Shown here piece by piece: positions 27,123 through 36,600 of a stretch of 64,000 nucleotides of DNA (its first letter is position 1; each line of letters starts with the position of its first letter). Source of the stretch: Bacteroidales bacterium UBA1173. Lineage in GTDB: Bacteria > Bacteroidota > Bacteroidia > Bacteroidales > F082. The translations under genes were made by a program, and so were the position numbers. Below the pieces are notes generated by a model. It had not been told where the DNA came from. It searched no databases and worked only from the letters and a program-made list of their open reading frames with translations. Location: the NCBI GenBank assembly GCA_002311655.1, contig DBYZ01000003.1, positions 59,868 to 123,867 of the forward strand, read 5' to 3'.

Positions 27123-28377
27123 AGCCTGTGTATGGTTGAAGTGCCTTAGGAATCAAAATACCATCTTCTGTCTGGTTGTTTTCGAGCAATGCTGCCACGA
27201 TTCTCGGGAGTGCCAAAGCGCTGCCGTTGAGTGTGTGTGCCAACTTGATGTTACCGTCTTTGTCCTTGAATCTCAGCTTCATACGGTTAGCCTGGAATGT
27301 CTCGAAGCATGACACCGAGCTCACCTCGAGCCACAGTCCCTGTGCTGCTGACCACACCTCGTAGTCGTAAGTCATTGCTGATGTCCAGCTCATGTCGCCG
27401 CCGCAGAGACGCAACACATGGAATGGCAGCTCGAGCTTACGGAGCAAACCTGCCACATGTTCCTTCATCGCCTCAAGACGCTCATATGAGTTGTCAGGAT
27501 GTGCAATCTCGACGATTTCCACCTTGTCGAACTGGTGCAGACGGTTCAAGCCGCGCACGTTCTTGCCCCATGAGCCAGCCTCACGACGGAAGCAGTTGGA
27601 GTAAGCCACGCGTTTTATCGGGAGATCGCTTTCCTGCACGATCTGGTCGCGGAAGATGTTTGTCACCGGCACCTCGGCGGTCGGGATCATGTACATCTTA
27701 TCAAGCGGCACTGCATACATCTGAGCTTCCTTGTCAGGCAGCTGACCTGTTGCGTAAGCTGATGCCTCATTGACCACGATAGGCGGCTGCACCTCGTAGT
27801 ATCCGTCTTTCACCGCCTCATCCAAGAAGAAGTTGATAAGAGCGCGCTGCAGACGTGCGCCTTGACCAGTGTAGAATGGGAATCCGGCACCTGTCACCTT
27901 GTTACCGAGCTCGAAGTCGGCGAGTTTGTATTTGTTGAGCAGCTCCCAGTGCGGAAGAGCGTTCTTCGGAAGGTTAGGCATTGTGCCTTCCTCGCTCACC
28001 ACGAGGTTGTCGGCTGCTGTCTTTCCACGAGGTACCATCAGATTCGGAGTGTTTGGAATCTCCACCAACTTACTCTGAATCAATGTCTTAAGCTCTTCAA
28101 GGCGGTCGCCTTTCACCTTTGTAAATTCTTTCAGTTCAGCAACGCGAGCCTTGAGAGGTGCCGCTTCAGCAGCTTTTCCCTGCTTGCAGAGGTCACCAAC
28201 CTGGCGTGCTATATTGTTAGCTTCGGCGAGAGCCTCGTCGTTTTCCTGTTGTGTCTTACGGCGTTCGTCGTCGAGCGCTAAAATCTCGTCAAGGAGCTCA
28301 AACCGAGTGAAGTTCTTGATACTCAGTCTGTTAATACACTCCTCTTTATGTTCTCTAATATAAGGTATTGTTAACAT
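27106..28377 (-). CDS. serS: serine--tRNA ligase
   Basis: It has an N-terminal coiled-coil arm and class II motifs 'FRREAGS' and 'TLNGSALALPR'. Confidence 0.93.
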   Translation of the reverse strand: MLTIPYIREHKEECINRLSIKNFTRFELLDEILALDDERRKTQQENDEALAEANNIARQVGDLCKQGKAAEAAPLKARVAELKEFTKVKGDRLEELKTLIQSKLVEIPNTPNLMVPRGKTAADNLVVSEEGTMPNLPKNALPHWELLNKYKLADFELGNKVTGAGFPFYTGQGARLQRALINFFLDEAVKDGYYEVQPPIVVNEASAYATGQLPDKEAQMYAVPLDKMYMIPTAEVPVTNIFRDQIVQESDLPIKRVAYSNCFRREAGSWGKNVRGLNRLHQFDKVEIVEIAHPDNSYERLEAMKEHVAGLLRKLELPFHVLRLCGGDMSWTSAMTYDYEVWSAAQGLWLEVSSVSCFETFQANRMKLRFKDKDGNIKLAHTLNGSALALPRIVAALLENNQTEDGILIPKALQPYTGFEIIK

Positions 28378-28412
28378 TTTAGTAAAAATTTACCTTGCAA
28401 AAATATAAAAAA

Positions 28413-28447
28413 ACTTTAAACTTCAAACTTTAAACTTCAAACTTTAA
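28413..28447. repeat. 14-nt tandem repeat (actttaaacttcaa) x about 2.5
   Basis: This was read directly from the sequence. It lies between the serS promoter and the stop of the upstream gene. Confidence 0.75.
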
Positions 28448-30261
28448 TTAAATCTCACATCGCTCATATTCATCAATTTTTCCAAATCGACTTTATCCGG
28501 CTGCCATGCCCTCACGTGAATCAGAGGCTGGGCGCCACGCAGGTCGACAAGCAGGAAAAGGTAGCCGACATCGCCATACGACGACGAGAAATATTCCTGT
28601 CGCACACGGACACCGTAAACGTCATTCCTGTTGTTTGCCTTGGTGAAATCAGTCTCGGTGAATCTCAGCCTGATGTATTCGTTGTTGCCGAAGCACATCG
28701 CGAGGTTTTTCATGTAGGTGTCCTTGTCGTATTTTGTCAGCTCAACCTCTTCTGCGGTGAGTTTCAACGTCATACGGTCCGGAATCTCGGTCTTTTTAAC
28801 CATTCGTCCCACGATGATAAGCGCGTCGTCGGAGTAGATGCTTTCGAGGTATCTGTGACGTTTCAGAGCGTATGCCGTCTGGTAGTCTTCCAGGAAATTG
28901 ACTAAAATCAGTCGCGACTCCTCGGGCCATTTCGTCTTCGAGATGATGTCGTATTCTGCCTGATCCGACAAGCGGAATGCCAGCGATGTCACCACTTTGT
29001 TGATGGTGTCGAAACGGAACACCACCTCCTGCGAGAAGCCGACAGTGTTTCTGAACTCAAACTGCATCAGTATGCTGCGGCAAAGCACTTCGTCTTTGTA
29101 TTTCAACAACTTATAGTCAGGTTTACCTATCACCGTCATCTTGCCGTAACGCGACAGGGTGTCGATCATATTAAAGCCTTCTGTAGAGAAACAATCGCGT
29201 GCCGCGAAGATGTTGCCCGAGCGTAAAGCGTTCTCTATCAACGACATCTTGGCGAGATACACATCTTCTTCCACTGCGCGGTGGTCTTCAACCTTCGCCC
29301 AGCCTTCCACCTCCTCGTCTTTCTTCAGACTCTTCGTTTTCTCGAGGTCGACGGTGTATATATTATTCGAGAAACGTGGCACTTTTATCATCTCTATGGA
29401 GTTCGACACGGCGGTGTTCATCTTTTTCGCGTCATCTTTGAAATCATAGTTCACTTTTATCTTGAAACTCTTGATTTCCTTGTTGCGGAGCTGAACAATA
29501 AGTTTGCCGTCGCGCACTGTGTTTGGCATGTATTTCCTGCCGTCGTGGCACTCGCAGCGGAGGTTCACCACATCGTCGCCGCTATCCGTCATCACTTTAA
29601 GCTTCACTATAACCTCGTCGCCGGTCTCCTCTATTCCGTTTTCTTTCGGAACAATGAAGTTGAATGATTCCAAAATGCCGTCACTTCCGTTGATTCTTTC
29701 TATAATCCATTCATAATCAATAGTTTCACTATCTCCATGAAAACGCAGTTTCTTACCTTGAGGATGGGCGTAAGTGAGCATCAGAGCCCAGTAATACGAC
29801 TTCAGAGCGTCCTCATAACACGCCTTTTCCTCCATTCTAACGCCTTTTGAGATATAACGCTGTATGTCGTCACGGCGGTCGTCGCACATCGTCCTGAACT
29901 CGCTGCGTTTCAGACACATAACATATTGATACTCTTCATCTTTATCATCTTCAACGACAGCTCTGTCAGATGCTTTCTCTTCGATTCTCTCCTTAAATGT
30001 GCGGATTATTGTCTCCAGCTGTTTGTTCACGTCGCCGTTTTCCGCCAGATAAATCGCGTGAGAGTTGCAGTTTTTGGCTATGTTGGAATAAAGCTCATTT
30101 TTAGCGGTCTCCATTGCCTCATCCGGCGAGTCGCACACGTTGCCGACGCCATAAAACAGTGTGGTGTCGTTTTTTATAGCCTCCAGTTCTTTCGGCTTCA
30201 TCTGCGCGAAGGAGACATTGGCTAAGATGGTGATTATCAATAAGAGATAAAATCTTTTCAT
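28444..30261 (-). CDS. secreted hypothetical protein (about 605 aa)
   Basis: It has a signal peptide 'MKRFYLLLIITILANVSFAQ'. A TATCTTTG box at 30285-30292 (minus) supports the start at 30261 rather than 30297. Confidence 0.6.
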   Translation of the reverse strand: MKRFYLLLIITILANVSFAQMKPKELEAIKNDTTLFYGVGNVCDSPDEAMETAKNELYSNIAKNCNSHAIYLAENGDVNKQLETIIRTFKERIEEKASDRAVVEDDKDEEYQYVMCLKRSEFRTMCDDRRDDIQRYISKGVRMEEKACYEDALKSYYWALMLTYAHPQGKKLRFHGDSETIDYEWIIERINGSDGILESFNFIVPKENGIEETGDEVIVKLKVMTDSGDDVVNLRCECHDGRKYMPNTVRDGKLIVQLRNKEIKSFKIKVNYDFKDDAKKMNTAVSNSIEMIKVPRFSNNIYTVDLEKTKSLKKDEEVEGWAKVEDHRAVEEDVYLAKMSLIENALRSGNIFAARDCFSTEGFNMIDTLSRYGKMTVIGKPDYKLLKYKDEVLCRSILMQFEFRNTVGFSQEVVFRFDTINKVVTSLAFRLSDQAEYDIISKTKWPEESRLILVNFLEDYQTAYALKRHRYLESIYSDDALIIVGRMVKKTEIPDRMTLKLTAEEVELTKYDKDTYMKNLAMCFGNNEYIRLRFTETDFTKANNRNDVYGVRVRQEYFSSSYGDVGYLFLLVDLRGAQPLIHVRAWQPDKVDLEKLMNMSDVRFN

Positions 30262-30333
30262 AAAAATCATTTTGCAGTAAGGTGCAAAGATATGCAATTT
30301 TTATTGGTTTTTGATATTTTTTTATAAAAAAAC

Positions 30334-30361
30334 GTAGGGACGCGGCATGCCACGTCCCTAC
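30334..30361. terminator. near-perfect 28-bp palindrome, terminator of rplU-rpmA
   Basis: gtagggacg-c-ggca|tgcc-a-cgtccctac is followed on the minus strand by a T-run. Confidence 0.75.
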
Positions 30362-30390
30362 ATTATTTTCTGTTCGTTTCCAAACTACGC

Positions 30391-30663
30391 TTATTCTGTC
30401 ACTTCGCCGTTGACCGGGATGACATTCACGTATGAACGGTCTTCTCTTTTTCTTGTGAATTCCACGATGCCGTCTGTAAGAGCGAACAAAGTATGATCTT
30501 TGCCCATTCCGACATTGTCACCTGGATAATGCTGTGTACCACGCTGACGAACGATGATGTTGCCTGCGATGACTGCCTGTCCACCGAAAACTTTCACTCC
30601 GAGTCGTTTGCTATGTGATTCACGACCGTTTTCGGAACTACCAACGCCTTTCTTGTGTGCCAT
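30391..30663 (-). CDS. rpmA: 50S ribosomal protein L27
   Basis: '[24 protein letters not shown]' is present. Confidence 0.95.
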   Translation of the reverse strand: MAHKKGVGSSENGRESHSKRLGVKVFGGQAVIAGNIIVRQRGTQHYPGDNVGMGKDHTLFALTDGIVEFTRKREDRSYVNVIPVNGEVTE

Positions 30664-30686
30664 AATTCTTTAATTTTTTCGGTTTA

Positions 30687-30998
30687 TTATTCAGTTATGC
30701 CTTCAATGCGGATTTTGCTGAGATCCTGACGGTGACCGTTGAGGGTCTGATAGCCTTTTCTGCGTTTTTTCTTGAAAACAAGAACTTTGTCTGCTCTGAG
30801 ATGCTTGATAATCTTAGCATCAACCTTAGCACCTTCGAGGACGGGGGTGCCAACCCTTGTGTTGCCGTCATTGTCGATCAACAACACCTTGTCGAAGCTG
30901 ATAGCGCTGTCGACATCGCCATTCAAGCGGTTGCAGAAGATTTCGTCTCCCTTGCTCACTTTGAACTGCTGCCCTGCTATTTCAACGATTGCGTACAT
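30687..30998 (-). CDS. rplU: 50S ribosomal protein L21
   Basis: It has 'MYAIVEIAGQQFKV' and 'KKKRRKGY'. Confidence 0.95.
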   Translation of the reverse strand: MYAIVEIAGQQFKVSKGDEIFCNRLNGDVDSAISFDKVLLIDNDGNTRVGTPVLEGAKVDAKIIKHLRADKVLVFKKKRRKGYQTLNGHRQDLSKIRIEGITE

Positions 30999-31089
30999 TA
31001 ATTTGTATTTAATATTTTTTCAAATTTTTCGGACTGCAAAAATACAACTTTTATTAATACGTGCGACATTTTTCTGAAAAAATTAATTT

Positions 31090-32694
31090 TCATCTCAAAA
31101 CGATGCGGAATCCTACTGTGGCGTTGCGGCCGTTGTGTTCAATTTCTCGGCCGTGGTAAGCTGATGTGCAGGTGTAAGATTCGCTTTCGTAGCAGCCGCC
31201 GCAGCCCACAATAACTTCGCCTGACTCTGGACCGGTATAGTCGAGACCCTGTTCGGCAGGAAGGTCGACCAGATCAGCATACCAGTCGTTGCAATATTCC
31301 CAGACATTACCGCTCAGGTCGTAGATGCCGAGTTCGTTGGGCTGCTTGGAAGCGACAAAGTGAGAGGCTTGTCCGCCATTGTCGTTATACCAAGCCACAT
31401 CGCCTATTGTGTTTGAACCGGCGTAGGTGTATCCCTCCGACTTGCGTCCGCCGTTGGCGGCGTAATGCCATTCGGCCTCAGTGGCGAGGGCAAACTGCAT
31501 CCCGGCGGGCAACTGGTCGGCACACATGGCGTTCAACCTGTCGAGGAAGCCGCCAGGTCCGGTGATATCCTCATAGTTGACCATCGTAACGGGATAAAGA
31601 CCATCGCTCTCGGTTTGGCCTTCGGGTATCGAGCCCATGACGGTTTCCCAGATGTAGTTCATCGTTTCAGTTTGACAGATATAGAAATCGGAAAGCGTTC
31701 CAGTGAAGGTTTTCTGTTCGCCGACGCGCTCGTAAACCAGCTCATAGTCGCCGCCCTTCACTTCAACCATCGGGAGGTAATAGCCGACTGTGCCGTTGTT
31801 CACGGTGATGGAAAGGAAGTTGTCGGGTTGCGCAGGTTCCACAATTTTTTCTTCGTCGAAGTCTTTCACGAGGGCGAGGCGCAGACCACGGTTTATATAG
31901 GACTGGTGCATTCCCAGCCATGTGTGGTAGGCTGTCTCGAGACCTTGCTGTCTGGTGCCGTAGCTGCCGCCGCGGGTGACGCGGTAGTTGTTTTCGGCGG
32001 TGCAGACATAGTCGAGTCCTTGTACGAGCGGGAGTTTGTCGAAATATAGGAAGTTGTCGCGGGTCCATTCCCAGACATTGCCGGTCATGTCGTAGAGACC
32101 AAGCTCATTGGGTTGCTTCAGGCCGACGGGGTGTGTCGTGCCTTCCGAGTTGCCAGCGTACCAAGCTATTTCGTCTAAGGTGTTAGATCCTGAATATGTG
32201 TAACCCATCGACATCTGTCCGCCGCAGGCTGCGTATTCCCACTGTGCTTCAGTTGGCAGTGCGAATCGCATGCCAGATGGCAGCTGGCTGGCGCACATCG
32301 TGTTCAACTTGTCGATGAAACCGCCTTCCTTGACGATGTCGTAGTAATTCAGATTGCTGACTGGGTACGAGTCGCCATTATTTAACTGTCCTTCGGGTCT
32401 CCAGCCCATAACATCGTCCCAAAGCTTGTTGGTCACCTCGACGGGACAGATATAAAAACTGGAGAGCGTTCCTGTGACGGTTTTCACTTGGTCATCGTAC
32501 ATATACTCCATTGAGTAATCGCCACCTTCCACCCTTTTCATAATAAACTCGTCAGAAGAATTGTTCACTTTGAAGGCAAGCGTCTCTGCGACCCACTGGT
32601 TGTTGTTAGTTGGAATTTCCTTCTTGCAGCCGGTGAATGTCACTGTGCTGAAGACGATGATGGCGGCAATCGCCCATGATAAAATAGTTCTCAT
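31090..32694 (-). CDS. lipoprotein with two tandem formylglycine-generating-enzyme (SUMF1/FGE-sulfatase) domains
   Basis: The lipobox is 'FTGC'. 'NELGLYDMTGNVWEWTRD' and 'NELGIYDLSGNVWEYCND' are both present. The two halves of about 260 aa are clearly homologous. Confidence 0.8.
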   Translation of the reverse strand: MRTILSWAIAAIIVFSTVTFTGCKKEIPTNNNQWVAETLAFKVNNSSDEFIMKRVEGGDYSMEYMYDDQVKTVTGTLSSFYICPVEVTNKLWDDVMGWRPEGQLNNGDSYPVSNLNYYDIVKEGGFIDKLNTMCASQLPSGMRFALPTEAQWEYAACGGQMSMGYTYSGSNTLDEIAWYAGNSEGTTHPVGLKQPNELGLYDMTGNVWEWTRDNFLYFDKLPLVQGLDYVCTAENNYRVTRGGSYGTRQQGLETAYHTWLGMHQSYINRGLRLALVKDFDEEKIVEPAQPDNFLSITVNNGTVGYYLPMVEVKGGDYELVYERVGEQKTFTGTLSDFYICQTETMNYIWETVMGSIPEGQTESDGLYPVTMVNYEDITGPGGFLDRLNAMCADQLPAGMQFALATEAEWHYAANGGRKSEGYTYAGSNTIGDVAWYNDNGGQASHFVASKQPNELGIYDLSGNVWEYCNDWYADLVDLPAEQGLDYTGPESGEVIVGCGGCYESESYTCTSAYHGREIEHNGRNATVGFRIVLR

Positions 32695-32802
32695 TGTGAT
32701 AAATTTTTGACAAATCAGCGCAAAGATACAAATTTTTAATTACGCGACAAAATTGCAATGATTTTTTCATTTTTCAGATTACAAAATTAATTTTGAGGAA
32801 TC

Positions 32803-33276
32803 TCATTCTATCAATTTCGTTGAAGTCCCTTCCAATATCCGCATTTGCTGGATTGCTATATTCAAAACATCAGCTTCGCTGGCATAAATGTAATTGATTT
32901 GATTGCGGGTCAATTTAGGTGGAACAAGATTTCTACTAATAGCTGAAGTGTGGATGTGATAATTTATCTTAGCTAGTTCGCGTTTGGCGGTCCAGCTAAC
33001 TTCTTCATGTTCTCTAGCTTTGTAGTGCAGATATTCATTTATCATATAGAACTTAAACTCTGAACTAAGCCATGTTGCAAATTCGAATGCGATGACATGA
33101 TGGGCATATGTTCCTCCATAACGACCTCTTTTTGCTATAATACCAATGGCATTTGTCGATTCTATCCATCTTTGTGGGGTTAAAGAAAACGAATTAGAGC
33201 CGCTCATGGTTTTAAACCCATCGAATTCGATGGGTTTAAAACTTGGATTGTTAAAAATTTCCCACGAAGTAAATTT
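32803..33276 (-). pseudogene. KilA-N domain protein remnant, N-terminally truncated with internal C-terminal decay
   Basis: 'WIESTNAIGIIAKRGRYGGTYAHHVIAFEFATWLSSEFKFYMINEY' is the KilA-N core. The frame stays open 69 nt upstream of the only ATG (33207), reading 'KFTSWEIFNNPSFKPIEFDGFKT', and is then closed by a TAA. The first roughly 50 aa of typical homologues are absent. Confidence 0.7.
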
Positions 33277-33323
33277 TTAACATAAAATTCAGAAATTCGG
33301 AATAAATCTTAAAAAATTTTAAC
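33274..33323 (+). repeat. 50-bp direct repeat, left copy
   Basis: tttttaacataaaattcagaaattcggaataaatcttaaaaaattttaac matches 39329-39378 at 47 of 50 positions (manual alignment). Confidence 0.85.
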
Positions 33324-33334
33324 ATTTTGCTGGC

Positions 33335-33368
33335 AAAAAAAGACCCCCTAACCGTCACGGCGGGGGCC
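33335..33368 (-). terminator. intrinsic terminator of the adhesin operon
   Basis: On the minus strand, GGCCCCCGCCGUGACGGUUAGGGGGUC is followed by U7. Confidence 0.75.
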
Positions 33369-33421
33369 TACTAACAAAACTAAAACAAAATAATGTAAAA
33401 AGATTTACATTTTATCTGATC

Positions 33422-33670
33422 TTATTTCTTCTTACGGGCAACAGCGTAGCCTGCACCAAGAGCGGTGAGGATGAGAAGGCCGGAGCCGAGAGGAAGATTA
33501 TCGGTTTGTAAACCGTGACCTGGCGTAATGCTATTCATATCACCAAATGCATCTCCTGTTTCTCTTACATTATTTTCATAATTTGTAAAGAGACCGTCGG
33601 TGCCATGCTGTGCGTTTGCATTCAAACCAAGTGTCAAAACTATTGCGATTGCGAATAATATCTTTTTCAT
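33422..33670 (-). CDS. small secreted protein with tripartite C-terminal sorting-signal-like tail
   Basis: It has a signal peptide 'MKKILFAIAIVLTLGLNANA'. The C-terminus is 'LPLGSG-LLILTALGAGYAV-ARKKK' (motif, TM helix, basic tail). The start was taken at the Met after an 'AGGAGATATTAAA' spacer; the ORF-track start is 33688. Confidence 0.65.
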   Translation of the reverse strand: MKKILFAIAIVLTLGLNANAQHGTDGLFTNYENNVRETGDAFGDMNSITPGHGLQTDNLPLGSGLLILTALGAGYAVARKKK

Positions 33671-33691
33671 TTTAATATCTCCTTTCATAAT

Positions 33692-36600
33692 TTAACGAAC
33701 AACAATTTTTTGAGTTTTTCCTTCCATTCTGAAGATGTAAACACCTTGCGCGATACCGCTGATGGTTTCAACACCGTAGATATTCATTGTCGAAACCTTG
33801 CGACCCATCACGTCGAAGATCTGCAATTCACCTTCACCACTCACGACAATGTCGTTGCCACTCTGGTAAGCGAAGATATCCTCGCCATTGTCTTCGTAGT
33901 TAGGCAGATATCCGAGGCGCACAATGAATCTCTGGGCGTTGTCCATAGGACTGCCGATGAAGCTGTATGAGCCTTCGAGGAGCATATCGATATCCTCGCC
34001 AGTCGTCCTGTCGATGACATGGAGATAATTGAACTCTCCGTTAACTTTGTAGCTCAATTTGTATTGACCCATTGTCTTTGCCTCAAAGTTGAGGTTGAAT
34101 GATTTCGTGTCGTCGTCCATCGTTGCCGAAGCATAATTCGCATCATTCTGTGAGATGTAAATCATAGGAGCTTCCGTATTGCGGTGATTGATCTTGCGAA
34201 GACCTTCGCCTTTCTGGAACAAGGCAAATGTCGCATCCTCATATTCACTATTTGACACAGCAAAGCGAATGTAATCGTTATTGGCTTTTGAGCTACCAGG
34301 AGCACTAGCATTGTTGGTAAATGTCAATGTTGTGTTATTTGTTGTTACTTTAACAAGGAATCCCTGACCAGGACCAATTGGAGTGTCATCAGATTCAACA
34401 ACCCACAAATTGTTACCATCAAGGCGATAATAGGTTTCAGCCATACCACCAGCAGTAGCGGTTAATGCGACACCTTTATAAATATTATGTGTATATGGGT
34501 TGCCGATTAAGTGGATACCCTGAAGGTTTACGTTGGCTGTATTATTTGCAGTAAGACCTGTCAATGTAACATCGGTATGGTTGACATTGCCAGTAAAGCT
34601 AACTGTAGCACCATCTTTGCGTGCATACAGGTAACCCTGACCATTGACCAAGCCGCCGAAAGTTGATGTTTGAGCAGGATTGTTATAGTTGATCCAGCCA
34701 TAACCTACATTCGAACTTTCTACATATTTATAGAGATCGAATGTTTGATTGGCGAAATTGCTAACACTGGTTATATCACTAATCGTGCCAACTGTTGAGC
34801 TGATAGCATACCAGCCAGTTTTATTATCTTGAGTCCATGCTGATGGAGCTGTAATGTTTTTCTTCACTGTAGCTTTAACATTAGCACTTGAAGTGATAAG
34901 CTGACCGCCGTCTTCGATGATGAGGTTGGCAGCGGTGCCTGTACCTTCTCCTTCAACCGTTAATACACCATTACTCTTCACTGTGATGAGATATGTAGAC
35001 TCAATGCTTGGCAAAGTTACCGGTGTTGATGTCACTTCCTCAATCAATGTATATGATGTTGGAATTACCTCTTTGTAAAGATAAATCTTGCCACCATCAC
35101 GATAATATTCTGAATTAGCTGTGGTATAACTTCTCCAATCATTATTATTTGTAGTTGCACAATAACGGTTATTATTACTCTTCATTGCAAAGCCGACATC
35201 ATTTATTTCAAAAGTCCAAGTGCCTTGAGTGTCTCCAACTCTCACACTGTTATTCGTATTATTGGTGTATAGATATTTGTTTTCACCATTCTTAATTGTC
35301 ATGGCATCATTTGTTCCCGTAAAATACCATAAAGTCCCATTAATAGGTGTATTGTAGGTGTCTGATAATGATGCTCCAATGATGTATTTATCGCTCATTA
35401 CAGGTGCAGATGATGTAGTTGCACTTGGCAATACGTAGAAATCGCTAACAATAAAATATGTACCAGTCGTAATATCGGATAATTTAGTTACTTTTTCATA
35501 GCTTGTTGCCGCACCAGAAGGCAGCAAAACCGCATATAAAGTAGTGTTTGCACTTACGATTAAACTACTGATAATATTTGTGTTGCCAGCTTCAGTGCTC
35601 CAACCAGCGAATGCGTATCCTGTTGGCAAAGCAATGCTTGCTGCGGATATATCAGAAGCAGTCTTCAATGTGACAGCATCTCCGCAATCAATACCTGTTT
35701 GATTCAAAGCTGTTTTGATTTCTCCGTTAACTGAATACTGAACTGTGAAAGTCTTTAGTGTGAAGATGCCTTCAACCTCAACAGCACTAGCAGGCATTGT
35801 GAATTGATTGTTGGTGACAGGCACCTCGTTTGCATTTCCATCAAGTACCGTCCAGCCCGTTAATGTGTAGCAGTCATCTAAGTTAGAATAGCTCAAAGTG
35901 ATGGTCTGACCCGCCTCAGCGACAGCATAATCTGCCGCAATTGTGGCCTCTGAAGATTGATTTAACGTAATAGCATAGGTGGCATTTGCACTTACTGTGC
36001 CTGCCAAAGCCGAGGTTTTTGTGGTAAGATAATTTCCCGAAGTAAAGGTAAGGTCGCCATTGTATATGCCAACCTTAAGACCGCCAACAAGACGCACGTA
36101 AAGTGTTCCACTAACATTTCCTGATGACTGTGCAAAAGTTGTAGTTGTACCCCATGTTGAATTGTCGTTACTCACTTGGTAGTTTTCTGGAGCTGTAACC
36201 GTAAGGGCTTCGGTAAAGTCTGTACCACTGATAGCCACGTTCTGTGTTGCAGGACCTCCATCTGGATAAAGGTAAGAGAAAGGTTCAAACGATGGGGCTG
36301 TCATTTGAGCAGCCAAACATATTTCATATGATGAGCGAGGTAAAATTTCCTTAGTGGTTGTATTATATTGCCAATAGACACCTGTGACATTATATTTTTT
36401 ACCACTTGTCAATGAACTATAGGAATATAATGTAGAATATGGTTTAATCGATGTAGTACCATCTGATAACATATAATTACTATATGTTAAATCGTGATAT
36501 GAGACAACGGCACCCGTGTTGACACCCGCAAGGTTTGCCATTGGAATATCTGCTACTTCTACATTGCCGCCAGAATTGACTTCTAAGCCAGTAGTAGAAC

